Positions 1 to 10,969 of a stretch of 64,000 nucleotides of DNA are shown piece by piece. Position numbers and translations under genes: made by a program. Position 1 is the first letter of the stretch, and every line of letters starts with the position of its first letter. The stretch covers positions 1-64,000 of the forward strand of contig JAVRCJ020000022.1 in NCBI GenBank assembly GCA_034530875.2, given 5' to 3'. Origin of the DNA: Nostoc sp. DedSLP01 (GTDB lineage Bacteria > Cyanobacteriota > Cyanobacteriia > Cyanobacteriales > Nostocaceae). Below the pieces are notes generated by a model that made no database searches, was not told the origin of the DNA, and worked only from the letters and a program-made list of their open reading frames with translations.

Positions 1-74
1 TGATTGCTGCTCTCTACAATTACGAGCTTCATCTCTCCCAAACCGAATTTACCTAAGTGACTTTTGCAAGAGGT

Positions 75-344
75 CTAAGGATTGCGCCGCTGTTCTTCCT
101 GCATTCTATGACTCCACTCCAACCAATCAGCTATATAGGCGCTGACAGCTTCTTTATTGTGCAAATAATAAAGAATAGTCGCGTAAACTTGTTCTAATGT
201 TAGTGATGTATAAATGTTTGCAATTTCTTCTGGAGTTTGAGCGCGGTCGATATACTCGTAAAGTATGGTTTCAATTCCCACTCTTGTACCTTTTAGTCGA
301 ATATCATCGGGACGTTGAAAGTCGAAGTAATCTTCTAGTTGCAT
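75..344 (-). CDS. DUF433 domain protein (antitoxin-like), possibly 3'-truncated
   Basis: DDIRLKGTRVGIETIL...TPEEIA..Y.SLTLEQVYATILYY is the typical DUF433 pattern; the stop codon lies inside a repeat/IS-end-like sequence at 59-77. Confidence 0.8.
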   Translation of the reverse strand: MQLEDYFDFQRPDDIRLKGTRVGIETILYEYIDRAQTPEEIANIYTSLTLEQVYATILYYLHNKEAVSAYIADWLEWSHRMQEEQRRNP

Positions 345-578
345 AATTTACCAGATGTTTTATCTATTGATATTAAAATCTTACATACTTGCAAAATCCT
401 CTTACAAAAATTTGTGAATGAAATGCAAGCGATCGCTTTTTGTATTTCCTTCCCCTGCTCCCCCCTGCCCCCTCTGTGGTTTAATAATCCTGAATTATCT
501 CTCTTACCCTCTTGCGAATCCTGAATTAGTTGATACACTTGTTCTTCATTAACCATTAGCCCAGTTAACCAGCGCCCT

Positions 579-3500
579 ATGGTGCATATCAAGCGCGTGG
601 AACTCACCAACTTCAAATCCTTCGGCGGTACTACCTCAGTCCCTTTGCTGCCGGGGTTTACTGTCATATCTGGGCCAAATGGTTCGGGTAAATCAAATAT
701 TTTGGATGCGTTGCTGTTTTGTTTGGGACTCGCTACTTCTAAGGGAATGCGGGCGGATCGCTTGCCGGATTTGGTAAATAATACTCAAACGGCTAAAGGA
801 AGGGCTGCGATTGAGGCTAGCGTGACGGTGACGTTTGATTTGTCGGATGAGGTGTCACGCAGAGGCGCAAAGGCGCAGAGGGAGCAAAGCAGAGAAGATG
901 GGGAGAATTCCCACTCCCCACTCCCCACTCCCCACTCCCCAGCTGAGTGGAGTGTCACTAGGAAGTTGCGGGTGACTCATCAGGGGACTTATACATCGAA
1001 TTACTACATCAATGGTGTAGCTTGTACGCTGACGGAGTTGCATGAGGAATTAAATAATCTGCGGATTTATCCTGAAGGCTACAACGTGGTGTTACAGGGG
1101 GATGTCACTAGTATTATTTCGATGAATGGGCGGGAAAGGCGAGAGATTATTGATGAGTTGGCTGGGGTGGCGGCGTTCGATCGCAAAATTAATCAAGCGA
1201 AATCTACTTTAGATGAGGTAAAGGAAAAGGAAGATAGCTGTCGGATTATTGAGACGGAATTAACTGCACAACGCGATCGCCTTTCTCAAGATCGTGCTAA
1301 AGCTGAGAAGTATCAAAAACTGCGGACAGAATTCTTAGCGAAGCAATCTTGGGAAGCTGTATTATCATGGCGATCGCTGCAAGCACACCAAGAAAAGTTG
1401 GTTGGTGAAATTCAAAGTGGCGATCGTAATTCTGGCGAACTCAATACCCAACTGACAACTTTAAATTCCGAGATTGTCCAAAAAACTGCCGAACTTGAAG
1501 AACTCAATGCCCATGTGAAAGCTTTGGGAGAAGAGGAACTTTTGGCTGTACAATCTACCCTCGCTACCCAAGAAGCGGAACGCAAACAATTGTTGCGCCA
1601 GCAAACGGAATTACAAACAACTTCTGAAGAAACTGCCAAGCGTCTGGCTCAAACTCAGCAGGAAATTGAACAACACCGCCATACTCTCCAAGAAATTGGC
1701 GAAACCCAACTAGTAGAGACGCAATTAATCGCGTCTTCACAGCAGCAAAGAAATGAGGCGCAACAAACTTTAGAAACTTCTCGCCAAGCCGCCGCAGAAA
1801 TCGCCTCGGCTTCGGAGGCGTGGGTGCAGCAACAAACGGCATTCAACCGTCAAATTGAAACTTTGCTGCAAACTCTCGAACCCCAACGCACCGAACAAGC
1901 ACAACTCAGGGAACGCAATAACCAGTTACAGCAACTCATCCAAGAACAAACTCAGCTAATCGAACGCTATGAACCGGAATTAGCCGCAAAACAAGCTGAA
2001 TGCAGTCGCATTGAAACGGAATTTAATGCTTCTAGCGAACCAATTCAAAATTTAGCGCAAAATCTCTCAGCCACAGAACAAGAATTGCAAATTCAGCAGG
2101 AAACCCAAAAGCGATTACTTGCCGAACAACGAGAAAAACAACGCCAGTTAGATAAATTAGAAGCACAAACGCAAGCACAGCAAGAAGTTCAAGGAACTCA
2201 AGCGAGTAAGGTGATTTTACAATCGGGAATGCCTGGTGTTTGCGGCTTGGTTGTGCAGTTAGGACGAGTAGAACCCCGCTATCAGCTGGCTTTGGAAATT
2301 GCTGCTGGTGGACGTTTGGGACATATTGTGGTCGAAGATGACGGCATTGCAGCAGCGGGGATTGAATTGCTCAAACAAAAACGTGCGGGGAGGGCGACTT
2401 TTTTACCGCTAAATAAAATTTCTGCACCAAAATTTACTCAAGATGCAACGCTACGTTTAGCTAGCGGCTTTATCAACTATGCTGTGAATTTAGTTGATTG
2501 CGATCGCCGTTACAAAGATGTATTTAGCTACGTTTTTGGTAACACTGTCGTCTTTGGCAGTCTCGAACAAGCGCGGAAAAATTTAGGACTCTACCGCATC
2601 GTCACCTTAGACGGCGAATTGTTGGAAACCAGCGGTGCAATGACTGGGGGAAGCACTACTCAACGTTCGGCGTTGCGCTTTGGTACCGGTGAAGCGGCGG
2701 AATCTGATGAAGTTATTGCTTTAAAAAATCGTTTGGTAGATATTGAGCGAATTATAGACCGTTGTGCTGAAGCGATCGCTACTTTGTCAAGCAGAACCAA
2801 ACAAGTGACGCAAGAATTAACAGAAGCCCGACAAACACGCCGCGAACAACAGTTGCAATTGGAACAGTTGCATAAAGATATTAAAAATTTAACAACCCAA
2901 TTAGAAGGGACGCGATCGCAATTAGTCCAAAACAGCGAAAAATTAGCCACTGCTCAATCTCGTCTGGAAGTTTTAGATCGGGAATTACCAGGACAAGAAA
3001 CTCAACTGCAACAATTACGACACGCCTTAGCAGAGTTAGAAGCCTCCCAAACTCCTAGCGAATGGCAACAAATCCAAGCAACCATTAAAATTCAAGAGCA
3101 ACAATTACAACAAAGGGAATCAGCATTAAGGGAAGCCGAACAAAGATTAAAAAATTTAGAAAATCAGCAACAGCGCCTCCAAGAAAAAATCCAAGAAGCC
3201 GAAACCCGAATCGCCGAATACCAAACTCAACAAACCTCTTGTAGAGACGCGATTCATCGCGTCTCCACCCAAATCGCAACGATAAACGACCAAATCGCCC
3301 AAACCCGTTTATCGTCGGCTCAAATGGAGCAAAAATTAGGCGAACAAAAACAAAAACGCGACACCACAGAACAGGAAGTGCGATCGCAACTTTTGCGCCA
3401 ACAACAACTAGAATGGGAAATCCAAAAACTCCAAGAAACCCAAGAAAAGCGGCGAGAAGAACTAGTGACATTGCAAAGTCAGTTGCGCGATGTGGCAGCA

Positions 3501-4202
3501 GAATTACCCGAACCCTTGCCGGAAGTTCCAGATAAGGTAGACTTGGAAGAATTGCAGAAAGAATTGCGATCGCTCTCCAAACGCCTACAAGCAATGGAAC
3601 CTGTGAATATGCTGGCGTTGGAAGAATACGAACGCACCCAAAACCGCCTCCAAGAACTAACGCAAAAATTAGAGACGCTAGAAGGCGAACGCACCGAATT
3701 ACTTTTGCGGATTGAAAACTTTACTACATTGCGGCAACTGGCCTTTAAAGAAGCTTTCGATGCCGTCAATGAAAACTTCCAATCCATTTTCGCCGTCCTT
3801 TCCGACGGTGACGGCTACCTACAACTGGAAAATCCCGAAGATCCATTTAGCAGCGGCCTGAATTTAGTCGCCCATCCCAAAGGCAAACCGGTACAGCGTT
3901 TAGCTTCCATGTCTGGGGGAGAAAAATCACTCACAGCTTTGAGCTTTATCTTTGCTCTGCAACGTTACCGCCCATCGCCATTTTACGCCTTTGACGAGGT
4001 AGATATGTTTTTGGATGGGGCAAACGTCGAGCGATTAGCTAGAATGATCGTGCAACAGTCACAACAAGCTCAATTTATAGTTGTTAGTTTGCGTCGTCCG
4101 ATGATAGAATCAGCCGAACGCACAATTGGCGTTACTCAAGCACGAGGAGCTTACACTCAAGTATTGGGGATTAAATTGACATCATCCAATACATCTGCTT
4201 GA
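579..4202 (+). CDS. smc: Chromosome segregation protein SMC
   Basis: N-terminal FKSF and Walker A GPNGSGKSN, long coiled coils, hinge (GRATFLPL), C-terminal MSGGEKS signature and FDEVD Walker B. Confidence 0.98.
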   Translation: MVHIKRVELTNFKSFGGTTSVPLLPGFTVISGPNGSGKSNILDALLFCLGLATSKGMRADRLPDLVNNTQTAKGRAAIEASVTVTFDLSDEVSRRGAKAQREQSREDGENSHSPLPTPHSPAEWSVTRKLRVTHQGTYTSNYYINGVACTLTELHEELNNLRIYPEGYNVVLQGDVTSIISMNGRERREIIDELAGVAAFDRKINQAKSTLDEVKEKEDSCRIIETELTAQRDRLSQDRAKAEKYQKLRTEFLAKQSWEAVLSWRSLQAHQEKLVGEIQSGDRNSGELNTQLTTLNSEIVQKTAELEELNAHVKALGEEELLAVQSTLATQEAERKQLLRQQTELQTTSEETAKRLAQTQQEIEQHRHTLQEIGETQLVETQLIASSQQQRNEAQQTLETSRQAAAEIASASEAWVQQQTAFNRQIETLLQTLEPQRTEQAQLRERNNQLQQLIQEQTQLIERYEPELAAKQAECSRIETEFNASSEPIQNLAQNLSATEQELQIQQETQKRLLAEQREKQRQLDKLEAQTQAQQEVQGTQASKVILQSGMPGVCGLVVQLGRVEPRYQLALEIAAGGRLGHIVVEDDGIAAAGIELLKQKRAGRATFLPLNKISAPKFTQDATLRLASGFINYAVNLVDCDRRYKDVFSYVFGNTVVFGSLEQARKNLGLYRIVTLDGELLETSGAMTGGSTTQRSALRFGTGEAAESDEVIALKNRLVDIERIIDRCAEAIATLSSRTKQVTQELTEARQTRREQQLQLEQLHKDIKNLTTQLEGTRSQLVQNSEKLATAQSRLEVLDRELPGQETQLQQLRHALAELEASQTPSEWQQIQATIKIQEQQLQQRESALREAEQRLKNLENQQQRLQEKIQEAETRIAEYQTQQTSCRDAIHRVSTQIATINDQIAQTRLSSAQMEQKLGEQKQKRDTTEQEVRSQLLRQQQLEWEIQKLQETQEKRREELVTLQSQLRDVAAELPEPLPEVPDKVDLEELQKELRSLSKRLQAMEPVNMLALEEYERTQNRLQELTQKLETLEGERTELLLRIENFTTLRQLAFKEAFDAVNENFQSIFAVLSDGDGYLQLENPEDPFSSGLNLVAHPKGKPVQRLASMSGGEKSLTALSFIFALQRYRPSPFYAFDEVDMFLDGANVERLARMIVQQSQQAQFIVVSLRRPMIESAERTIGVTQARGAYTQVLGIKLTSSNTSA

Positions 4203-4260
4203 GATTTTGTTAATAATAGTGTATAGATAAACCGGATTCGAGATCAGGACTCGGTATAGA

Positions 4261-5247
4261 ATGACCTCTGAACAAATAATTAGGCGTTCCGACATATTAA
4301 ATACTCAGGTAATTACCCGGGACAACGGCAAGCGGCTAGGCATCGTCAGTCAAGTTTGGGTAGATATCGATCAGCGAGAGGTTGTGGCTCTTGGTTTGCG
4401 AGACAGCCTGATCTCCATTTCGGGCATACCGCGCTATATGTACCTCAACACCATCAACCAAATTGGTGATGTCATCCTGGTTGATAACGAAGATGTAATA
4501 GAAGATATTGAAGTTGAATCTCTCAGCAACCTGATTAACTGGGAAGTAATAACAGAAACAGGTGAAGTCTTAGGCAAAGTTCGCGGTTTTAAGTTCAACG
4601 GCGAAACAGGTAAACTTGATTCTATAGTCATTGCCTCATTAGGATTGCCCCAAATCCCCGATCAATTCGTGAGTACTTACGAGTTCTCAGTCGATGAAAT
4701 TGTCAGCACAGGCCCCAATCGGTTGATTGTGTTTGAAGGAGCCGAAGAACGAGTCAACCAGTTGACAGTCGGTTTACTTGAGCGTTTGGGCATCGGCAAA
4801 GCACCGTGGGAGCGAGATGCAGAGGAAGAATACGGTTATACTCCACCACGCCAAGTAGCACCCAGCAATCAACTGCCTAGTGGAGTACCATTGCAGCCAC
4901 CCAAGCCGAAAGTCCGCGCCCCGGAACCTGTAGCCGAAGAGGAATGGACAGAAGACTATGTGGAAGAAGTCAGACCACGCCGTGAAGTGATGAAAGCACG
5001 GTCTTATGAGTCTATTCAATACGAAGAAGACGAGGAAGAAGATAACTGGAGTGAAGCTTCAGGTAGCGACAGGTATAAACAACCGCTAAAACCTGAACCC
5101 CAGCCTTATAACAAGTCATACGCTGACGATTACGATGATTATGACGACGTAGAGGGCGATGCTTGGGAAGATGCGCCAAAGCCAGTGAATATTCCCAAGA
5201 AAGTTAAAGAAAGACAGCCAGAGTACGAAGAAGAAGGCGGATATTAA
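4261..5247 (+). CDS. PRC-barrel domain protein with acidic C-terminal tail
   Basis: Two PRC-barrel-like units (VITRDNGKRLGIV; VITETGEVLGKV) followed by an acidic low-complexity tail; lies directly after smc. Confidence 0.85.
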   Translation: MTSEQIIRRSDILNTQVITRDNGKRLGIVSQVWVDIDQREVVALGLRDSLISISGIPRYMYLNTINQIGDVILVDNEDVIEDIEVESLSNLINWEVITETGEVLGKVRGFKFNGETGKLDSIVIASLGLPQIPDQFVSTYEFSVDEIVSTGPNRLIVFEGAEERVNQLTVGLLERLGIGKAPWERDAEEEYGYTPPRQVAPSNQLPSGVPLQPPKPKVRAPEPVAEEEWTEDYVEEVRPRREVMKARSYESIQYEEDEEEDNWSEASGSDRYKQPLKPEPQPYNKSYADDYDDYDDVEGDAWEDAPKPVNIPKKVKERQPEYEEEGGY

Positions 5248-5293
5248 TTAATTCGTAATTCACGGGAAAATTACGAAAGATTTCAAAATTAAT

Positions 5294-5334
5294 TTAGTCC
5301 TCTCCTTGTGAAGTCAGGAGAGGGCTAATTTTTT
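5294..5334. terminator. Hairpin between convergent genes (likely intrinsic terminator)
   Basis: ttagtcctctcct...aggagagggctaa stem followed by a T-run. Confidence 0.6.
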
Positions 5335-5336
5335 AG

Positions 5337-5900
5337 CTATGGATTAATTGCAGAATTAGCCATTTTTACTAAAGAAGTGCGATCGCCAGCTTTCAATCCC
5401 ACAGTATATTGCACGCCCTGTTGTCGCCAAGTCAAGGTAGCATCCGAACAATTAGCACCACAACTAAAATCTACAAAATAGCCAGTGATGCCCTTAGCTA
5501 AAGATACGGCTTTCCCTTTGAGGCGTGGTGTTTTGGCAGTTACCGCTTCAGCAGAAAGCCCGCCCAAACGGCAAGCAGTACCACCGCCACAGTCGGGACT
5601 AAAACCAAGTAAAATATCGTATTTCTTTTGGGTAGCAGTTTCTACAATGGCGTAAATTGGGTTTTCGCCATCAGACTCGGGGATAAACTTCGGTAATAAA
5701 ATCTTGATTTTAGTTTTTTGCTTTAATTTAGGCAAAACCGACTTAAAAACTGGATGTGGCTCGATTTTAGTCTGTCCTTGCGCTATCAGTTGGGGCTGAT
5801 TATTGACACTAGCTACTGCTGACTTGTGAAAGCTGTTAACGCTGAATAATAAAAATACAGCACACACAGCACTAATCTTTCTAAAGCCTAAAATCATCAT
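5337..5900 (-). CDS. Hypothetical secreted protein with paired cysteines
   Basis: Signal-peptide-like N-terminus; CGGGTAC and CGANC motifs. Confidence 0.7.
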   Translation of the reverse strand: MMILGFRKISAVCAVFLLFSVNSFHKSAVASVNNQPQLIAQGQTKIEPHPVFKSVLPKLKQKTKIKILLPKFIPESDGENPIYAIVETATQKKYDILLGFSPDCGGGTACRLGGLSAEAVTAKTPRLKGKAVSLAKGITGYFVDFSCGANCSDATLTWRQQGVQYTVGLKAGDRTSLVKMANSAINP

Positions 5901-6418
5901 TACAAACCTATTTCATCTAAGGCACTTATTTGTAATACCCATTTTCAGTATAAAATTACGCATTTTTATGATGTAAAAGTGCGAAAGCAGGGAATAATAA
6001 ATTACAAAATTAATCAGCTAAGTAGCTCGGCTTAATTCAACATCAAACAATAGGAGAGTGCTTTCTCGGCCTGCTCAAAGCTCATCTTCATAGCGTCTAA
6101 CTTGAAGTTGCTGTTAGTGGTAGAGCGTTAGCCCGTAATGAGCAAAAATACTAGTCACCAATCAATAGGTTCGGATAAGTATTTTTGATCTCTGATGTGG
6201 GCTGGGAAAAGGGTAAGGGGAAAAGGGAAAAAGTTTCAAATTACCCTTTCCCCTTTAACCGAACCGTATTGAGTCACCAATGCCTAGTTATTATGATTTG
6301 AGAGTTAAAAATCTGATAAATTTTTGATTGTATCGATAAAAATAGATAAAAGGTCACTTGACCTGTAACTATTAATCGGATAGCCTTAGCGTTCAGAAAC
6401 ATTTTATTGGGAAACAGA

Positions 6419-6796
6419 ATGAACAGAAAACTAATACTTAATTTACTGTCCACTTCCACAATTTTTACTTCGCTGATTTCCACGCTGGGAGTATTTCATC
6501 CTGCCCACGCTAGTATTACTCAGCGATTAATGCACACACAAGATGGCCGTACTTGTATCACTAATCCACATGGCGGCAAAGATTTTATATGCATTCGAGA
6601 TTCAGAAAGAAAGCAACCGTATACTTCTCAACAACGTGCGGCAACAATTGTGACATCAATATCAGATGAGAATATTGCTATGCTGAACTTTACCGAAGAG
6701 GAAAGCGATGCCGCAATTAAATTATTCGGTTGTGACTGTCCCTATTGTATAAATTCTTTACGCCAGTTGAATGGAACTGGAAACTTGGTGTATTAG
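6419..6796 (+). CDS. Hypothetical exported protein with C-terminal CDCxxC motif
   Basis: Signal peptide ending PAHA; FTEEESDAAIKLFGCDCPYC at the C-terminus. Confidence 0.7.
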   Translation: MNRKLILNLLSTSTIFTSLISTLGVFHPAHASITQRLMHTQDGRTCITNPHGGKDFICIRDSERKQPYTSQQRAATIVTSISDENIAMLNFTEEESDAAIKLFGCDCPYCINSLRQLNGTGNLVY

Positions 6797-7095
6797 GCTT
6801 GAAAACTGTTAATGGCGATCGCAATAATTTCTAGTAAACTGTTAACAACATCCTAATAACTTGGATCGATATACCAATTTCGGATTTTAGATATTGGATT
6901 TTGGATAAAAAGTTTTGATTGCAAAGCTGTTCCAGGAATTCCCAACAATACTATTTATCCTAATTTGGTAAAAGGTATATAAACCAAAAAAAGCATTTTT
7001 AATTACACCGGAGACAAGAAGACGCCAACACAAGGAACTGCGGGGATGGAAAAGTTAATTTTTCGGTGTTATGTCCCCGCTTCTCTACGTCCTCT

Positions 7096-9768
7096 TCATT
7101 CCACCACTTCATTTACAGGGAATCTATCAATCAGTTGCATTGCTCGATAAGCATTACGTTGGAAAGACTCTGGTAAATGGGGAACATGGGGTATCTGCGA
7201 TAACAAATCCAACGTGCGGCGTAAAATTCTCACGACGTCGCCTTCATCCAAACTGGTATTTCCACACAGTTCTGTCCACTCCATACCCAGCGCCCATTGT
7301 TCCACTAAGGCAATTAACTCAAATTCCAACCATATAGGTAATGCTACGTTATACCGTCGTTGCAATTGGAACATTTGCCGACGAATTCCCCGCAATTTTG
7401 CCAGGGCTTCTGTGACTCGTTCGCTGAGGTCAAAGTTAACCTTACTATCTGGACGCGGAGTTTCTGTCACTAAAGCGGCGGCGGCGGCGGCTAAATGGTG
7501 CGGATCTAAGTTATCCAATTCACCGCTAGCGAATACTAAACCCAGCCACAATTCATTTTCACCCCGAATAGCAGCAGCGATTTGACCTAATTGCGTGGGT
7601 ACTAAGTTATCTAATGCGCCGAAGTGTTGCAGAATCGCAATTAAATTAAGAAACTCTTCCCAATGCCGTTGCGACTGTTGTTCTACTACCTCTTGCAATT
7701 GTTCGAGTTCGGCTTCTAATTCGACATAGCGGGCGCGGCGTTTGAAAATCGTTCCCACATTGCCCGATTGATGTATGGGATGAGCTTCTACTTGCTCTTG
7801 AATCGCAGTAACGCGACTGAGTTGTTCGGCTACCTCTGGTGCCATATACAAAGACTCTACAGGATTGGGAATTTGGGTAGCGATCGCAAATGTTTCTTGA
7901 CCGCCAAGAACTGAATCCCCGGGTTTCAAAGGCATTTCTGCTGGTGGTAGCACATCAGGTGGCACTTCAACTCGCGGCAGTTCCGCATACAAATCGATTA
8001 CATCTGCTGTAGTTGCCACATACCAGCGGTTATCGTGTCCCAAACATACCAAGTAAGGAGTTTCCCCAGAACCAGGGATTTTTCCCACTAACACTGCGGT
8101 TATAGGTGTAGCAACTGGGATATTTTTACCTTTGAGGCTCAACAGAGTTCCTGACACTGCAAAGCCCAACATCATCCCCAATTGTTCTTGTCTATCTTCC
8201 TGGGCTTGTTCTTGCAGGGTTTTCAATATCTGCCGTTCTACTTTCAAGCGTTGCCGCAATTTCTCATAAACAGCCAGTTCATTTTCATCAACGGCGGCAA
8301 TTTGCTCGTGTAATTGGGCTAATTGTGCTTGCAACTCGGCAATTTCATCGTATTCTGGCCTTAAGTGCAAAGTCGCCATGTACTGCCCAAAACTGCGTTC
8401 TATCAGTTCTCTGGCTTCATCTATGGTATGGGTTTGCAGCAAGTTGAGTACCATACCATAACTGGGCGTAAACTGGCTAACTAGAGGATCTGGCTTGGAT
8501 GTGGCCAAATACGCAGCTTCTTTGGCTCCTTCAAAGGGAGTTTGCACTGTCACCACATGACCTTGTTTATCCATCCCTCTGCGGCCTGCGCGTCCCGCCA
8601 TTTGCAGGAATTCTGAAGCGTTGAGGAGGCGATGTCCGGTGTCAGTACGCTTGGAAAGGGTGGAAATTACTGTTGTCCGGGCGGGCATATTAATTCCCGC
8701 TGCCAGCGTTTCAGTAGCGAATACGACTTTAATTAGCCCCTGCTGGAATAGTTCTTCTACCAGTGTTTTCCACGCAGGTAAAATCCCGGCGTGGTGGGCG
8801 GCAATTCCTCGATACAGGGGGGCAATTTGTCCGGAACGTCCTGCTTCGGGATTGCGGTTTAAAAATTCATCTATTTGTTCCCTTAGAATTTGGGACTCTT
8901 CATTATTTACCAACCATAAATCGCCCACTTCTGCCACTGCTTTATCGCATCCCCGGCGGCTGAAGATAAAGTAAATGGCTGGTAGCATATCCCGTTGCTG
9001 TAACTGACTCAAAGTATAAATGATGCCGGGAGCCTCCGGTCTACCAGCTTTACCCCGATCGCTTTGTCTTCTTTTACCGCGATTTGCCAGACGGGGGTTA
9101 ATTTTGCTTTTGCTATCATTCAACAGCGGAAATAAGCCTTTGGGATTGCAAAAGTGAAATTCCAAAGGTACTGGGCGAAAATCTGAGTAAATCAAGTCTG
9201 TTGGCCCGTGGACGCGATTGAGCCAGTCGGTGAGTTGATCGCTATTGGCAACCGTTGCTGATAGTGCTGCCAGTTGAACTTCACGAGGACAGTAAATAAT
9301 TGATTCTTCCCAAACTGTACCGCGTTGGCGATCGTTCATGTAGTGGCACTCATCCAGAACCACTGCTTCAACATCTACTAATGAAGTGCCGACTTGCCCA
9401 ATGGGTGTGCCATAGAGCATATTTCGGAAGATTTCTGTCGTCATCACCAAAATTGGCGCATCCCTGTTAATGGAAGCATCTCCAGTTAACAGTCCCACGA
9501 AATCGAAGCCAAATTTTTCTCGAAAATCACGTAATTTCTGATTCGATAGCGCCTTTAGGGGGGTAGTGTAAAACACGCGTTTTCCTCGCGCCAGGGCGCG
9601 ATAAATGGCGTATTCCCCTACTAATGTTTTGCCAGAACCTGTAGGCGCACATACAACTACGGAACGTCCAGCATTGAGGGATGCGATCGCATCTTTCTGG
9701 AACAGATCCAGTTCAAAGGGAAATATCGACCTTAGGTCAAGTTCAGGAGACGGCGCGGGATAATTCAC
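7096..9768 (-). CDS. Ski2/HelY-like DEAD/DEAH-box RNA helicase
   Basis: APTGSGKT, TPLKALSNQK, DECH, SAT, TETLAAGINMPA and QMAGRAGRRG motifs; DSHCT-like C-terminus (DEGDVVRILRR). Confidence 0.93.
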   Translation of the reverse strand: MNYPAPSPELDLRSIFPFELDLFQKDAIASLNAGRSVVVCAPTGSGKTLVGEYAIYRALARGKRVFYTTPLKALSNQKLRDFREKFGFDFVGLLTGDASINRDAPILVMTTEIFRNMLYGTPIGQVGTSLVDVEAVVLDECHYMNDRQRGTVWEESIIYCPREVQLAALSATVANSDQLTDWLNRVHGPTDLIYSDFRPVPLEFHFCNPKGLFPLLNDSKSKINPRLANRGKRRQSDRGKAGRPEAPGIIYTLSQLQQRDMLPAIYFIFSRRGCDKAVAEVGDLWLVNNEESQILREQIDEFLNRNPEAGRSGQIAPLYRGIAAHHAGILPAWKTLVEELFQQGLIKVVFATETLAAGINMPARTTVISTLSKRTDTGHRLLNASEFLQMAGRAGRRGMDKQGHVVTVQTPFEGAKEAAYLATSKPDPLVSQFTPSYGMVLNLLQTHTIDEARELIERSFGQYMATLHLRPEYDEIAELQAQLAQLHEQIAAVDENELAVYEKLRQRLKVERQILKTLQEQAQEDRQEQLGMMLGFAVSGTLLSLKGKNIPVATPITAVLVGKIPGSGETPYLVCLGHDNRWYVATTADVIDLYAELPRVEVPPDVLPPAEMPLKPGDSVLGGQETFAIATQIPNPVESLYMAPEVAEQLSRVTAIQEQVEAHPIHQSGNVGTIFKRRARYVELEAELEQLQEVVEQQSQRHWEEFLNLIAILQHFGALDNLVPTQLGQIAAAIRGENELWLGLVFASGELDNLDPHHLAAAAAALVTETPRPDSKVNFDLSERVTEALAKLRGIRRQMFQLQRRYNVALPIWLEFELIALVEQWALGMEWTELCGNTSLDEGDVVRILRRTLDLLSQIPHVPHLPESFQRNAYRAMQLIDRFPVNEVVE

Positions 9769-9931
9769 TCAATCACATTTGCAACCAAACTGTTTACTAT
9801 ACTAACGGGTCTTTTGTCAACTTCGTTAGGTGTACTGGGGAATAGGGAATAGGGAATAGGGAGTAGGGGACTAGGAATAGGATAAATTTTATCGAATTAT
9901 CCCTACTCATCACTCCCCACTCCCTACTCCC

Positions 9932-10750
9932 TCATTTTCCCAGTTCTTGCGATCGCTGTGTCGCAGCTTTTACTGCTTCAATTAAAGCTGAACGAAACCC
10001 TGCCTTTTCTAGTTTGGCAATTCCAGCAATTGTGGTACCGCCGGGACTGGTAACGCGATCTTTGAGTTCTGCTGGGTGTATTTTAGTTTCCTGCAACAGT
10101 TTTGCCGTTCCGAGTACAGTTTGCAAGGCTAGTTGATTTGCGATAATTCTGGGTAAACCTGCGGCTACTCCCCCATCAGCCAGCGCTTCTACCAATAGCG
10201 CTACGTAAGCTGGGCCGCTACCAGATAGCCCTGTAACTGCGTCCATCAAAACTTCTGAAACTTCTACGACTTCACCGACAGCAGAAAAAACTTTATGTGC
10301 TATTTGGTAATGCTTGTGGTTGGTATATGCACCCGAACAAATTGCAGTGACTCCTGCTCCTACTGTTGCTGGGGTGTTGGGCATTGCTCTAATTACTGGC
10401 AATTGCACAAACGCAGCTTCTAATTGACTTAAAGGTACACCCGCTAAAATGGAAATAATCAACGGTGAGTGTTCTACATTCAGAAGATCGATATCTGCTA
10501 ATTCTTGAGCGATCGTGCTAAAAACCTGTGGTTTGACTGCCAAAAACACAACTTCTTTGGCTTGGGCGAAAACTTGGCTACTATCAGTCGTGACAGCAAC
10601 GTTATATTGCTGTTTTAAAAATTCTTGACGTGAGGGTAGCGGTTCGCTAACTATGACTTCTGAAGGTTGATAAATTCCGAGGGCAATAAGGCGGGATAAC
10701 AGCGATTCTCCCATTACCCCACCACCAATTAAGCCAAATTTGATAGTCAT
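9932..10750 (-). CDS. proC: Pyrroline-5-carboxylate reductase
   Basis: GLIGGGVMG, RAMPNTP, GLSGSGPAY and VTSPGGTT motifs. Confidence 0.97.
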   Translation of the reverse strand: MTIKFGLIGGGVMGESLLSRLIALGIYQPSEVIVSEPLPSRQEFLKQQYNVAVTTDSSQVFAQAKEVVFLAVKPQVFSTIAQELADIDLLNVEHSPLIISILAGVPLSQLEAAFVQLPVIRAMPNTPATVGAGVTAICSGAYTNHKHYQIAHKVFSAVGEVVEVSEVLMDAVTGLSGSGPAYVALLVEALADGGVAAGLPRIIANQLALQTVLGTAKLLQETKIHPAELKDRVTSPGGTTIAGIAKLEKAGFRSALIEAVKAATQRSQELGK

Positions 10751-10969
10751 TGTTCATTAGTCATTGGTCATTAGTCATTTGTCATTGGTCATTGTTCATT
10801 AGTTACAACTAACAAAGGACAAAGTGTAAGGTCTGTAGCAAGATCGGCCAGGATGGCAAGCTTTGATTTCGTCAAAGGCGACTTGGTTTGAGGCATTAAA
10901 CTCTTCCCAGGCAGTAGTTCAGTTTTGTAAGACTGGACAAAAGACAAAAGACAAAGGACTAATTCTAAT

